A stretch of 61,695 nucleotides of DNA, filler included. It is 8 parts of 8 records of this genome, joined end to end, with 100 filler letters (N's around TTAATTAATTAA, not from the genome) between each part and the next. Parts side by side here need not be neighbours in the genome. Positions count along the whole stretch, not along the records: positions 9,551 to 20,676 come from SRR31147125_24474; 7 more parts are not named here. One strand, 5' to 3'. The translations under genes were made by a program, and so were the position numbers. How positions within the stretch are numbered: the first letter of the stretch is position 1; each line of letters begins with the position of its first letter. Below the pieces are notes generated by a model. The model saw nothing but the letters and a program-made list of their open reading frames with translations, searched no databases and was not told the origin of the DNA. Below are positions 9,806 through 20,776 of this stretch, piece by piece.

Positions 9806-10924
9806 TTGATAGAGGTGAAGGTTTTGTATAAATACAGAATGGTAAAAGAGAAAATTTTAGAAGATATAAAAAGACTTAATCCTAACGATAAAATTATGTC
9901 TAGGCCTTCCATGTGTAAAAAATATGGATATGCCAGAATAACTATTGATAAAGCTGTAAACGAACTAATAGAAGAAAATGTTCTCTACTCTGTTATTGGC
10001 AGTGGAACATTTGTAACAGAAGAGTACAGATCCAACACAAGAGCACTTAATCAAGGCATTAGTTCTTGGGGAATAATTCTGCCGAATTTAGTGTCTGACA
10101 TATATCCTCTATTTATTAGAGGAGCAGAAGATTTTGCAAGTCAATACAATATAAATGTTGTTATATGTAATACGGATAATAATCTTGAGAAGGAAAATGA
10201 ATATATAGTTAGGCTGATAGAATCTGATGTAAATGGATTGATAATAATTCCTTCAATATCTAATTTGGCAGATGATAATACAACTAGTATATATTCACTT
10301 CTAAAAGAGCATAAAATTCCTTTTGTTTTTTGTAATAGAACATTATATCCGGATTTCAGTATACCGCTAATACGTTCAAATGATTATTACGGAGGTTATA
10401 TAGCAACAAAACATTTAATACAAAATAACTATAAGCGTATCGCATATATTGCGTCAATCAGATATAACGTAAGTATGGATAGATACTATGGATATGTTGC
10501 TGCACTTATGGAACACAATATAAAAATTGACAGAAAACTTGTATGTCTAGAAACACGCGAAGAGCAAAACATTGACACTGGAAGTGGTTATGAGTTTGCT
10601 AAATCAATTTTGGCAAAAGATAATCCACCTGATGCTTTCTTTTGTTTTAATGATAGGATTGCACTTTCTGTGTATAGAGCAATAAAAGAATGTGGATTAC
10701 TTGTTTCAGATGATATTGGGCTGATAGGATATGACGATACCAATGTATGTGAAACGTTGGATACAAAACTTTCATCTGTGTGTTTAATGAACTATGAGAT
10801 GGGAAGAAGCTGTGCAAAAATATTATATAACGAAACTAAGGGGAAAACTATGGAAGGTGCAAATGTTTTTATTTACCAACCAAAGCTAGTGATACGAGAG
10901 AGTTGCAGAGGGAAGGTTGACTAA
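9806..10924 (+). CDS. GntR-HTH plus LacI-type sugar-binding transcriptional regulator (AraR-like)
   Basis: N-terminal winged HTH (ARITIDKAVNELIEENVLYSVIGSGTFV); C-terminal FCFNDRIA and IGYDD periplasmic-binding fold. Confidence 0.85.
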   Translation: MIEVKVLYKYRMVKEKILEDIKRLNPNDKIMSRPSMCKKYGYARITIDKAVNELIEENVLYSVIGSGTFVTEEYRSNTRALNQGISSWGIILPNLVSDIYPLFIRGAEDFASQYNINVVICNTDNNLEKENEYIVRLIESDVNGLIIIPSISNLADDNTTSIYSLLKEHKIPFVFCNRTLYPDFSIPLIRSNDYYGGYIATKHLIQNNYKRIAYIASIRYNVSMDRYYGYVAALMEHNIKIDRKLVCLETREEQNIDTGSGYEFAKSILAKDNPPDAFFCFNDRIALSVYRAIKECGLLVSDDIGLIGYDDTNVCETLDTKLSSVCLMNYEMGRSCAKILYNETKGKTMEGANVFIYQPKLVIRESCRGKVD

Positions 10925-11145
10925 TGTAGTAGAAGAGCAATTAAGAAATTGATATAAGGTAATATTTTAGAAATGCCTTTTATGTATATATTGTATAAGA
11001 ATCATAATGACTTTTTTGGTACCAATTTGTCGTTATGTAATTATAAATGAACCAAGTACGTAATAGTATTAATCAAATTTATATGAAATGAGAGAGATTT
11101 ATTACTATTTGGGATTAACAAACAAAATTTAAAGGAGAAATAACG

Positions 11146-12522
11146 ATGAAACGTAGAATATTGATGATGATTTTGGCTTTGGCTTTACTGTTAACGGTTG
11201 GCTGTACAGACAAAACAGAAGCAGAGAATACGCAGACTTCAGAGAAAACCACAGAAACTAAATTAGAAGAATCTAATGAGATTGAACCAGCGACTATATA
11301 TTTATGGACAGCATGGACACCTGATAGAGGAATACAGGATATTATAGATTCATTTAATGAGATATATCCTATGATAGAAGTAATCCCTGTGCAGTTTTCT
11401 AACAACACAGATGGAAATTTAAAGGTGGATACGACACTTGCTAGCACAGCAATGACAGATGGAGAAGGAATAGACGTTTTTTTCAACTTTGGAGTTCACC
11501 GCTTAGATCCACGTGTATCGAACCAAATGTTGCTAAACCTCGACCCCTATATTGAACGTGATGGATTTGATGTTATTGATGAATTAGGCGAAGGTATTTA
11601 CCAGTATGATGACAGTTATTATGCACTACCTGCTACATCAAACGCATATTGTGTTTATTTAAATAAAAATATGCTGGATGAAGCAGAACTTACAACTCCA
11701 GATAGTTGGACAATGGATGAATTCTATAGCTATGCAGAAGCAATGACAACTGGAGAAGGTGCTGATAAAATCTACGGTTCAGATGGGCTAAGACCGTATT
11801 ATCAATGGCTGTTTATGGCAACAAATACATTTGCAAGTAACCCATGGTACAACAGTGATGGAACATCCAATCTAGACAATCCTTATTATGAGAAAGTTCT
11901 TGAGGCAAAGTATATTGCAGAAGAAGTTGACAAAATACAGTATCCTTATACTGAATATATGTCAACAAAGGTTTCTACCGTGGATAACTTTATGAATGGT
12001 AAGGTTGCTATGGCTATATATGGCAACTCACTTGCAAGGTTTGTAAAAGACCTTGAAAAATATCCTCATGATTTCCCAGTGGAGATAGCTCCTTTACCTG
12101 TAGTTGAAGAAGGCGATACAAACTACAATGTAGGTGGTTATTTTGGTTATCTAGGAGTAAACGCAAATACGCAGGAACCTGACGCTTCTTGGCTGTTGCT
12201 AAAATATTTGATTACTGAAGGTTCATCAGGATTTTTGTCAGTAGGACATATTCCGACATGGAAATATGCAGATACTGATCTGATAATTGAAAAAATGTTA
12301 GGTGAAAATGCAGATGAACTAATCAATGTTCAACAGTTTAAAGATGTAATACTCAACCAAAAAGGAATGCCTCAGCAAGTATTAACAGATTTCACTGCTT
12401 ATGGAGAAACAATAGCTTTGATTGGTGAGGAATTAGAACAGGTTATATACGGTAAAGATGCAGCAGAAGCGGTTGCAGACCTAGCTGATAAAGCCAACCA
12501 AGCGATAGCGGACAACAAGTAG
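11146..12522 (+). CDS. Carbohydrate ABC transporter substrate-binding lipoprotein (family 1)
   Basis: Lipobox LLLTVGC; YYALP and FMNGKVAM motifs; precedes two MalF/G-type permeases. Confidence 0.88.
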   Translation: MKRRILMMILALALLLTVGCTDKTEAENTQTSEKTTETKLEESNEIEPATIYLWTAWTPDRGIQDIIDSFNEIYPMIEVIPVQFSNNTDGNLKVDTTLASTAMTDGEGIDVFFNFGVHRLDPRVSNQMLLNLDPYIERDGFDVIDELGEGIYQYDDSYYALPATSNAYCVYLNKNMLDEAELTTPDSWTMDEFYSYAEAMTTGEGADKIYGSDGLRPYYQWLFMATNTFASNPWYNSDGTSNLDNPYYEKVLEAKYIAEEVDKIQYPYTEYMSTKVSTVDNFMNGKVAMAIYGNSLARFVKDLEKYPHDFPVEIAPLPVVEEGDTNYNVGGYFGYLGVNANTQEPDASWLLLKYLITEGSSGFLSVGHIPTWKYADTDLIIEKMLGENADELINVQQFKDVILNQKGMPQQVLTDFTAYGETIALIGEELEQVIYGKDAAEAVADLADKANQAIADNK

Positions 12523-12532
12523 ACTATATGAT

Positions 12533-12569
12533 AATTATACTGGTTAGCATTAAGCTAGCCAGTATAATT
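12533..12569 (+). terminator. Stem-loop after the binding-protein gene (terminator or mRNA stabiliser)
   Basis: AATTATACTGGTTAGC-attaa-GCTAGCCAGTATAATT, 16-bp stem. Confidence 0.65.
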
Positions 12570-12585
12570 TCAAAGGAATGATAAT

Positions 12586-13467
12586 ATGAACAATAATAAA
12601 AAAGAAAGTTTTATTGGTTATTTATTTTTATTACCCAGCCTAATACTTTTTATAATTTTTTTAGTAATTCCAATAATTTTTTCTCTTCTACTCTCATTTA
12701 CCGATTGGGATTTAGTTTCAGGAATTAAAAATATAAACTTTGTGGGAATAGAAAATTTAATTAAGATAGCCAGAAGTGAAAACATAAAAAAAGCATTTGA
12801 AAACAATTTGATATATACCATTGTTGTAGTTCCGTCTACTGTATTATTTTCTTTGGCAATAGCAATTGTACTCAATAAGAAAGTGTACTTAAAGAAAATA
12901 TTACGTCTTTGCTTTTTCATACCTTATGTAACTTCAATAGTTGCTGTATCTGTAATATGGCTGGCCTTATATAATCCATCATATGGATATATAAATCAAT
13001 TTTTAATGTCTTTAAATATCAGCAACCCTCCAAGATGGCTTGCAGATCCTAATACGGCATTGGGGTCAATAACAGTGGTGATGGTTTGGATAGGAATAGG
13101 ATACTGTATGGTAATTTATATGGCGGCACTTCAGAATATCCCTAAAGCATTGTACGAAGCTGTTGAACTAGATGGAGCAAACTCATGGCAAAAATTTCGT
13201 TATGTGACATGGCCGATGCTGAGTTCCACAACATTGATGCTATTTATTACCAGAATAATAATTTCTTTTGAGGTTTTTGGAGTAATAAATGTTATGACCA
13301 AGGAGTGACCGCTAAATTCAACTACGGTATTAGTTTATGAAATTTATAAAGAATTCGGATTATATAATTTTGGATACGCATCAGCAATTGCATGGTTTTT
13401 ATTTATAATTATCTTCATCGTGACGATTATACAGTGGGTAACACAAAAAAGATGGGTACACGAATAA
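12586..13467 (+). CDS. Carbohydrate ABC permease (MalF-like) with in-frame TGA at 13306-13308 (error or pseudogene)
   Basis: EAA loop LYEAVELDGAN; the same frame continues after TGA as PLNSTTVLVYEIY...FGYASAIAW...KRWVHE to TAA at 13467. Confidence 0.8.
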
Positions 13468-13562
13468 TAATTTGTGCTCAACAAAGTAAAAAAATGTACT
13501 GATAAGTTTTGCATGATATCAATTTTTAATAAATTTTATAATATTAAGATAAGGACAAGCAT

Positions 13563-14405
13563 ATGAAGATTAAAGAAAAGAAACAATATAAAAAAATAAT
13601 AATGACAGTGGGTTTTAGCATAGTAGCATTATTTTTTTTATTACCATTTATATGGATGCTGTCATCCGCCTTAAAGTTGCCTACAAAGATATTTGAGTTT
13701 CCGATAAAATGGATTCCTGAGCAGCCTCAATGGGAAAACTATATTAATGTTTGGAATGATCCACAAGCTCCATTTAGTAATTACTTTTTTAATTCAATTA
13801 AAGTTACTATATTATCTATTATCGGCACACTATTAATTAGTTCCCTGGCGGGATATACTTTTGCGAAGTTGGATTTCAAAGGCAAGAATGTAATATTTAT
13901 TTTATTTCTTGCAACAATGATGATTCCTCCGCAAGTAACGCTTATACCTCGGTTTATGGTAATGAATTGGATGCAGCTGATTGATACACACTGGTCGCTT
14001 ATTCTGCCTTCTACTTTCAATATTATTAGTATATTCCTGTTCAGACAATTTTTTATGAAAATACCGGATGAAGTTGTAGAGAGTGCCAAGATAGACGGCG
14101 CTGGACATTTCAAGATATATTGGAAGCTGGTACTCCCGATGTCTGTACCGGCAATAATGACAGTCGGCACACTTGCGTTTGTGCGTTCGTGGAACGATTA
14201 CCTCAATCCGCTGATATTTATTAATTCCGAAAAGTTATATACTGTAACCTTGGGAATACAAAATTACTTAAATGTTGACGGACAACCAAGATACGATTTG
14301 GCAATGGCAGGTTCGGTAATATCAATACTCCCAATTGCTATATTTTTTGTGCTCGCACAGAAGTATTATTTCGACGGAATGGCAACAAGCGGCCTAAAAG
14401 GGTAA
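13563..14405 (+). CDS. Carbohydrate ABC permease (MalG-like)
   Basis: ESAKIDGAG EAA loop, WNDYLNPL, C-terminal GLKG. Confidence 0.9.
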   Translation: MKIKEKKQYKKIIMTVGFSIVALFFLLPFIWMLSSALKLPTKIFEFPIKWIPEQPQWENYINVWNDPQAPFSNYFFNSIKVTILSIIGTLLISSLAGYTFAKLDFKGKNVIFILFLATMMIPPQVTLIPRFMVMNWMQLIDTHWSLILPSTFNIISIFLFRQFFMKIPDEVVESAKIDGAGHFKIYWKLVLPMSVPAIMTVGTLAFVRSWNDYLNPLIFINSEKLYTVTLGIQNYLNVDGQPRYDLAMAGSVISILPIAIFFVLAQKYYFDGMATSGLKG

Positions 14406-14499
14406 TATGAAGGATTAATTAAAAATATTTTTACAAGTAAAGATGTTATCATCTTATATATATAAAATTTAAAATTGAAGTGCTAAGGAATAAGAAGAT

Positions 14500-15852
14500 A
14501 TGATAAAACAAAAGTATGATGTGGTTGTAGTTGGAGGCGGTACAACGGGTTGTTGTGCTGCGATTGCTGCCGCCAGAAGCGGGGTCAGCGTACTATTAAT
14601 TGAGAAACTGCCGTTTCTGGGTGGAAATATGACTGGAGGCCTGCCATGGCTGGGTTTTCATGACAAAGCTACGAAGGAACAGGTTGTAGCAGGTGTCCCG
14701 ATTGAAATAATTGAACGTCTGCAAAAAGAAAACGGAGCTACTGAATTTGTCTTTGACCCCATTACGGGGAGCGCAGTGGGCGTAAACGGAACGATGCTGA
14801 AGATTGTATTGTTTCAAATGATAATTGAAAGCGGCATTGATTTGCTTCTGCACACAATTGTTACAGAGGTAGAGAAAAATGATAGCTCAATATCGAAAGT
14901 GACAGCAATTAATAGGCAGAACAAATTAGATATAGCTTGTGATTATATTATTGATTGCACAGAGAGCTGTGATATTGCGGTGGTTGCAGGCGGTGACTAT
15001 GTTCTAGGAAGACAAGCGGACGGAAAACGACAGGTGTCCTCTAATGTGCAAATTTTTGGTGATATAGATTTTGAGGAAATGCTTGAGTATTTCGAGGGAA
15101 ATATTAATCAGATTAGACCTTTTAAGCTTGACGAACAGGCGACATATAGTTTATTAATGCAGATGAAAGAAGCTCCTGTATTTGTAATTGGCGCTTTTGC
15201 CAATATTATCAGGAACGCAAAACAAGACGGTATTGAATACAGCAGAGATCAACTAATCGGAGTTGCGTACCCACAGCAGAATGAACTGATGTTGGTTGCA
15301 AGCAGAGTGGAAAATGTGGATATAAATGATGCTGAAAGTCACACGAAGGCTGAAGTTAACGGAATGCTGCAGACAAAAGGGATACTTGATTTATTACATA
15401 AATATATACCAGGGTGTGCTAATGCTCGGATTGTTAGCTGTGGTACACAGCTTGGTATAAGGGAAACTCGCCACATTAAGGGAGAATATTTACTGACAGC
15501 TGAAGACCTGCTTTCAGCAAAATCTTTCTATGACAGTGTCTGCAAAGGTGCCTATCACATGGATATACACTCACCGGATCATAACGGACTTGAAACAAAG
15601 CAACCTCCTGTATATCAAATACCGTTAAGAAGTATGCTTGTAAAAGGAGTAGAAAATATTATGGTGGCGGGTAGAGGTATTTCCGCAACCCATGAAGCTA
15701 TGTCTTCTACTCGTGTAGCTCCTGTATCAGGAGCAATAGGTGAAGCCTGCGGTACAGCCTGCGGTATTGCAGCAAGGGATAATTGCCCTCTCAGGGAATT
15801 AGATATTGAAAAACTGCAAGACGAGCTTAGTAAAAGGAAAGTTATTTTGTAG
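14500..15852 (+). CDS. FAD-dependent oxidoreductase (FAD_oxidored-type family)
   Basis: DVVVVGGGTTG Rossmann motif, GIRETRHIKG, YQIPLRSM and AGRGISATHEA. Confidence 0.85.
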   Translation: MIKQKYDVVVVGGGTTGCCAAIAAARSGVSVLLIEKLPFLGGNMTGGLPWLGFHDKATKEQVVAGVPIEIIERLQKENGATEFVFDPITGSAVGVNGTMLKIVLFQMIIESGIDLLLHTIVTEVEKNDSSISKVTAINRQNKLDIACDYIIDCTESCDIAVVAGGDYVLGRQADGKRQVSSNVQIFGDIDFEEMLEYFEGNINQIRPFKLDEQATYSLLMQMKEAPVFVIGAFANIIRNAKQDGIEYSRDQLIGVAYPQQNELMLVASRVENVDINDAESHTKAEVNGMLQTKGILDLLHKYIPGCANARIVSCGTQLGIRETRHIKGEYLLTAEDLLSAKSFYDSVCKGAYHMDIHSPDHNGLETKQPPVYQIPLRSMLVKGVENIMVAGRGISATHEAMSSTRVAPVSGAIGEACGTACGIAARDNCPLRELDIEKLQDELSKRKVIL

Positions 15853-15861
15853 GAAAAATTA

Positions 15862-16821
15862 ATGAAAAAAATATTGATTAACATACCGCATTATAAATCG
15901 CTAATAAAGCCGAAAATATTGAAAATGCTTGAGCTAAATGGCTTTGATTTAATTGTAAATAAAAATGAAGGTATTGTAGATAGAAATTTTATTGAAAAAC
16001 ATATTGTCGAAGTAGTGGCTATTATTGCAGGAAATGAAAAGATAGATAGGCAATTGTTATCTAAGGCAAAACAATTAAAGATAATTGCCAGATACGGAGT
16101 TGGTACGGATAATATAGATTTGACCGCTGCATCTGAAAAAAATATTTTTGTTACAATAACGGGTAATTCAAATACGAATGCTGTTGCAGAACATACAATC
16201 TGTCTGATGCTAAGTATATTGAAAAAAATCACCTATTATAATTCGGCGGTGAGGAGCAAGGAGTATGAATATATTGAACCGGTGGAACTAAGCGGTAAAA
16301 CAGTGGGAATTATCGGATATGGACGTATCGGAAAAACTGTTGCTGAACGTTTAAAAGGGTTTGATGTAAAAGTTTTAGCATATGATCCAATGGTCAGCAT
16401 TGATAGAGAAACGCAGCTAAATACGGAGTTCGTAGGATTGAAATATCTAATACAAAAAAGTGACATTGTTTCTTTACATATTCCTGATATTCCACAAAAC
16501 AAAGGAATGCTAGGAAAAAAAGAAATGACGGAAATGAAGTCGTCGGCTGTAATTATCAATACTTCCCGTGCAAAAGTAATTAATCAGCAAGCATTGACAG
16601 AATGCTTAAGTAATGGATGCCTAGCAGGGGCGGGACTTGATGTGTATAATACTGAAGATGAAAGTATAGATAGGTTGATAGAACTTAAAAATGCAATTAT
16701 TACACCTCATATAGCAGGTGGTACTTATGAAAGTCATGAAAACTCGGGGCAAATATGTGCTCAGGCAATAATAGATACTATGAATAACATTGTGCCCAAA
16801 AATGTTGTGAACGGACTATAG
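15862..16821 (+). CDS. D-isomer-specific 2-hydroxyacid dehydrogenase (SerA-like)
   Basis: GVGTDNID, GIIGYGRIG, INTSRA, GLDV and TPHIAG motifs. Confidence 0.88.
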   Translation: MKKILINIPHYKSLIKPKILKMLELNGFDLIVNKNEGIVDRNFIEKHIVEVVAIIAGNEKIDRQLLSKAKQLKIIARYGVGTDNIDLTAASEKNIFVTITGNSNTNAVAEHTICLMLSILKKITYYNSAVRSKEYEYIEPVELSGKTVGIIGYGRIGKTVAERLKGFDVKVLAYDPMVSIDRETQLNTEFVGLKYLIQKSDIVSLHIPDIPQNKGMLGKKEMTEMKSSAVIINTSRAKVINQQALTECLSNGCLAGAGLDVYNTEDESIDRLIELKNAIITPHIAGGTYESHENSGQICAQAIIDTMNNIVPKNVVNGL

Positions 16822-16839
16822 CAGAAAGGTGTATTTGAA

Positions 16840-18489
16840 ATGAAAGAATATAATACAGATATTTTAATAGTAGGAGGAAGTTTTGGTGGTGTGTCTGCCG
16901 CAATTGCTGCGGCTAAACGTGGATGTAATGTCATTTTGACGGAGGAAACAAGTTGGTTAGGAGGGCAGGCAACAACGCAGGGCGTACCCTTAGATGAACA
17001 TCCGTGGATAGAACAGTACGGATGTACAAGCAGCTACAGGCAATTTCGTAATAAAATAAGAGAATATTACAGAAGGAATTATCCACTGACTGCTAAATCT
17101 TATCGTGATGAACATTTTAATCCCGGTGCATGCTGGGTGAGCGGATTAGGATTTGAACCTAGAACCGGTATGGCAGTGTTGGAAGAAATGATGGCACCTT
17201 ACCGAACCAGCGGACAGATACGCACATGGACAAATTACCGTGCAAAATCCATGGAGTTTGACGGAGACAGCTGTAAAAGCGTCACTATAATCTCAACAAT
17301 TACTGGTGAAGAACGGGTCATTACAGCACAATATATACTTGATGGCACTGAATTAGGTGATTTACTGCGCTTGGGGGGGATAGAGCATGTAATCGGAGCG
17401 GAATCACGGGAACAGACAGGAGAGCCCCTTGCAGCAGAAACAGAAAACCCCATGAAACAACAGCCGTTTACTCATTTGGTGGCTCTGGACTACTGTCCGA
17501 ATGAAAACCATATTATACAAAAGCCTGAATTGTATGATAAGTTCAGAAATCATTTTAATAAAATTAGGGGATTAAGTGATGTAAATAAAGCGTTGGACGG
17601 AACGGGTTCCAATGCTTCAAATGGTTTATTTGCCGAAGAACGTTCAGATAGGTATACGACAAGTATATGGAACTTCCGGAGATTTTTTTATAAGGGTAAC
17701 TTTGACAATGCAATCTTTAATTCAGATGTAACATCTATGATGACAGGAAACGAATATCATGATGGAGTTTTGTGCGGAGTGGATGAAAAAGAAGCAAAAC
17801 GTCACATGGAACTAGCCAAACAGCTCTCATTGAGTTTGGTATACTTTCTCCAAACGGAAGTACCGTATGGAAACGGTAAAAAGGGTTATCCGGGAATTCG
17901 TTTACGCCCGGATATATTCGGTTCAGATGACGGATTGGCACAGTATCCGTATATTCGTGAAAGCAGACGTATAAAAGCAGAATTTACTATACTAGAACAG
18001 CATTTCAGAATTGACATGAATCCGGACGAATCGCAAAAATACAATGATTCTGTAGGTATTGCAGGATACCGAATTGATATTCATGAGAAAGCTAGTAAAA
18101 GCAATGTTAGCGTAACAGCTGCAGAGCACGGAAATCACTGGGTTCAGCAGATTCCTTTGGGCGCGCTGATTCCACAAAGGGTTGAAAATGTTATCCCATG
18201 CTGTAAGAATATTGGGATGACTCACGTAACAAATGGTTCATTCAGGCTTCATCCTGTGGAATGGAATATCGGAGAAGCTGCTGGTATGTTGGTAGCATAT
18301 TGTATAAATAAAGGATTCATTCCTAGACAAGTACGAAACCAGCAAAATTTATTAACAGATTTTCAGGATGTACTCGTTAAACACGGTGTTGAGCTTGACT
18401 GGCCAAACAAGGAATTTGGGAGATCATATTTCAGCCATGTGAAGAATATAAAGAGTTGGTATTTTGGAGAAACAGATAAAAGAAAGTAG
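16840..18489 (+). CDS. FAD-dependent oxidoreductase (FAD_oxidored-type family)
   Basis: ILIVGGSFGG, WLGGQATTQG, PYIRESRRI and RLHPVEWNIGEAAG. Confidence 0.85.
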   Translation: MKEYNTDILIVGGSFGGVSAAIAAAKRGCNVILTEETSWLGGQATTQGVPLDEHPWIEQYGCTSSYRQFRNKIREYYRRNYPLTAKSYRDEHFNPGACWVSGLGFEPRTGMAVLEEMMAPYRTSGQIRTWTNYRAKSMEFDGDSCKSVTIISTITGEERVITAQYILDGTELGDLLRLGGIEHVIGAESREQTGEPLAAETENPMKQQPFTHLVALDYCPNENHIIQKPELYDKFRNHFNKIRGLSDVNKALDGTGSNASNGLFAEERSDRYTTSIWNFRRFFYKGNFDNAIFNSDVTSMMTGNEYHDGVLCGVDEKEAKRHMELAKQLSLSLVYFLQTEVPYGNGKKGYPGIRLRPDIFGSDDGLAQYPYIRESRRIKAEFTILEQHFRIDMNPDESQKYNDSVGIAGYRIDIHEKASKSNVSVTAAEHGNHWVQQIPLGALIPQRVENVIPCCKNIGMTHVTNGSFRLHPVEWNIGEAAGMLVAYCINKGFIPRQVRNQQNLLTDFQDVLVKHGVELDWPNKEFGRSYFSHVKNIKSWYFGETDKRK

Positions 18490-18497
18490 AGATAAAT

Positions 18498-19385
18498 ATG
18501 GACAATAGACTTAAAGGGGTAATAGCGGCGTTGATTACTCCCTATACAGATAATGGTGATGTAAATTATCATGAACTAAAAAAACTTGTTAGGCATTTAA
18601 TAAACCAAAACATTGATGGTTTCTATGTAGGAGGAAGTACCGCAGAGGTATTTCTTCTTACAGAAGATGAGCGAAAAAAAATACTGGAAGCCGTTGTTGA
18701 AGAAAATAACGGAGAGAAGTGTGTAATATCACACGTCGGGCATGTTTCGACTGATCGTGCAGTAGATTTGGCATTGCACGCCAAAAGCACCGGTGCAGAT
18801 ATTATATCAGCTATCAGTCCTTTTTATTACAAGTTTTCTACAGAAGAAATTAAAAGGCATTATTTTAACCTTATGGACAGAAGCGGTATGCCTTTTATAA
18901 TTTATCATTTTCCAAGCCTTTCAAATCTTGACCTTACAAATGATATGATAAGTGAGTTTAGCAAAAATGAACTTCTTACAGGCGTAAAATTCACTAGTAA
19001 AGATCTTTATAAATTAGAAAGAATTAAGAGCATGAATAAGGAGTTGGCGGTATTAAATGGGTATGATGAAATGCTATGTTATGGACTGGCGGCAGGCGCA
19101 GACGGAGGAATAGGTAGCACATATAACTGTTTATGTCCACTAATAAGGAAAATATATGATAACCACAAAGAAGGTAACTTAGATATATCTCATTTTTATC
19201 AGCAGCAAGTGAATCATATTATTGATTTAATGATTAAGAATGGAGTTTTTGCATCAGTAAAAGCAATATTGGAAACTCAAGGGATTAAATCGAATGGCTG
19301 CAGAGAACCTTTTTCTCCAATAAGTGAATCTGGACGAGAGGAACTAGTGAAAGTATATAATCGATATATGAGAGCATTGGAATAG
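18498..19385 (+). CDS. nanA: N-acetylneuraminate lyase (DapA/NanA family)
   Basis: YVGGSTAE, SPFYYKF, GVKFTSKDLY (Schiff-base Lys) and GGIGSTYN. Confidence 0.85.
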   Translation: MDNRLKGVIAALITPYTDNGDVNYHELKKLVRHLINQNIDGFYVGGSTAEVFLLTEDERKKILEAVVEENNGEKCVISHVGHVSTDRAVDLALHAKSTGADIISAISPFYYKFSTEEIKRHYFNLMDRSGMPFIIYHFPSLSNLDLTNDMISEFSKNELLTGVKFTSKDLYKLERIKSMNKELAVLNGYDEMLCYGLAAGADGGIGSTYNCLCPLIRKIYDNHKEGNLDISHFYQQQVNHIIDLMIKNGVFASVKAILETQGIKSNGCREPFSPISESGREELVKVYNRYMRALE

Positions 19386-19403
19386 GACAGGAAGGTACAC
19401 TTA

Positions 19404-19851
19404 TGATTCGAGACAATATTCAGTACATTGGCTGTTACCAAGATTTGAGTACACATTTTAAGAAAGCAGTAAATTTTATACAGTCGCATGACCTTACACA
19501 TCTACCTGTTGGGAGTATGAAGTGAATGGACGGAATGTATTTGCGATTGTCACGAAAAAATACTTGAATCAAGTACCAGTTTATTGGGAAGCGCATAAAA
19601 AGTACGCGGATATTCATTTGCTTATCAATGGAAATGAAACTATTGGGTATTGTCCAATTAGAGATGCAAATAAGCCAATAGAGTTCTTGGATGATTATGA
19701 TAACTGTTTATTTAAAGATTTGAAAGGAACTGATGTAGACTTAGGGGCTGGTGATTTTATTATTCTTTTTCCACAGGATATCCATCGGGCAAATTGCCAA
19801 AGTGCTAAAGGTATATACTCCCGAAAAATTATTTTCAAGGTTATCTTATAG
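19404..19851 (+). CDS. YhcH/YjgK/YiaL (NanQ-like) protein, frameshifted near 19513
   Basis: True start MIRDNIQ at 19404; one missing A restores PVGKYEVNG; WEAHKKYADIH and FPQDIHR motifs. Confidence 0.8.
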
Positions 19852-19902
19852 TATACGCTAATAAGTGAGCAATTTCGGCTCAACTTCTTAAAGCTTACTT
19901 AT

Positions 19903-19924
19903 TAAGGCACTTTACAGTGCCTTA
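19903..19924 (+). terminator. Hairpin ending the nanA operon
   Basis: TAAGGCACT-ttac-AGTGCCTTA perfect inverted repeat downstream of the last gene. Confidence 0.55.
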
Positions 19925-20260
19925 TTGCGCTTATAAATTTTGCAGTTTTTCAAAGAATTATTGATTTGATATAATCACAAAAATACAAGATTAAATAGTT
20001 TTCTCAGTAGGATCATATCGACTGCTATACATATCTATACAACTAATCTATATTGAAATTATATATACTTTATAAAATTACGTTCATTGTCTTGTCGAAA
20101 AATATATTGGTAGGTATTGCAATTAAAAAAGCTGAATGAATTGGATAATTATTAAGATAATCATTTAACGAGTTACCAGTAAAATACGAAGAATAATTTT
20201 ATGAAAACATTATAAAGAAGCCATTTTATGCATTTGATTTTAATCTTATATTAAAGGCAA

Positions 20261-20676
20261 ATGAGACATGGTAAATCTCCTGAGCTGCAGCGGTTGCCAG
20301 ATAACAGAATAGGAATGCTATACAGCCATCGGAGAAACACAAGGGAAGCGTGTCGCTCGTTTATTACTTCATCCAACGAAGGCGTAACTTGGGCGTAACC
20401 CGTAATTGTAGCTGATGACAACTATGACGGAATGTCATGACAGGTTTGCTGTATTGTCGAACGACCGCCTTATCGCAACTCTGCACAGTACTGATGATTG
20501 GAACAGACATTATCTATATGTAAGAGTTTCATGGTCGGAGAAAATGGGATAAGTTGGAGTTTGCGCGATAAAATTGAACTACAGTGTATCGGATAAAAAT
20601 ATCAATGGAAAGGAGGTTTTATAGAATCGGGATGTGTTGAGCCCAGTATAGCTGAGAGATCAGATGAAAGCCTTTT
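20261..20676 (+). pseudogene. Decayed sialidase-like (BNR/Asp-box beta-propeller) gene
   Basis: Manual translation: SPELQRLPDNRIGMLYSH..FITSSNEGVTW*P..HDRFAVLSNDRLI..SWSE/NGISW..GCVEPSIAERSDESL; two Asp-box-like motifs, TAA stops and frameshifts. Confidence 0.7.
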
Positions 20677-20776
20677 NNNNNNNNNNNNNNNNNNNNNNNN
20701 NNNNNNNNNNNNNNNNNNNNTTAATTAATTAANNNNNNNNNNNNNNNNNNNNNNNNNNNNNNNNNNNNNNNNNNNN

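Noticed and set aside
13306-13308. In-frame TGA at a conserved Gly position, suggesting TGA recoding (Gly or Sec); no intact gene in this contig ends in TGA
   Set aside because: It is the only such case in about 10 kb of coding sequence, and the adjacent codon also departs from the T-x-G-G-P consensus. A local sequencing error or nonsense mutation is more likely.
20261-20676. Possible group II intron or ncRNA in the ORF-free, GC-richer stretch
   Set aside because: No GTGCG start or domain V seen; the region translates into sialidase-like Asp-box motifs.
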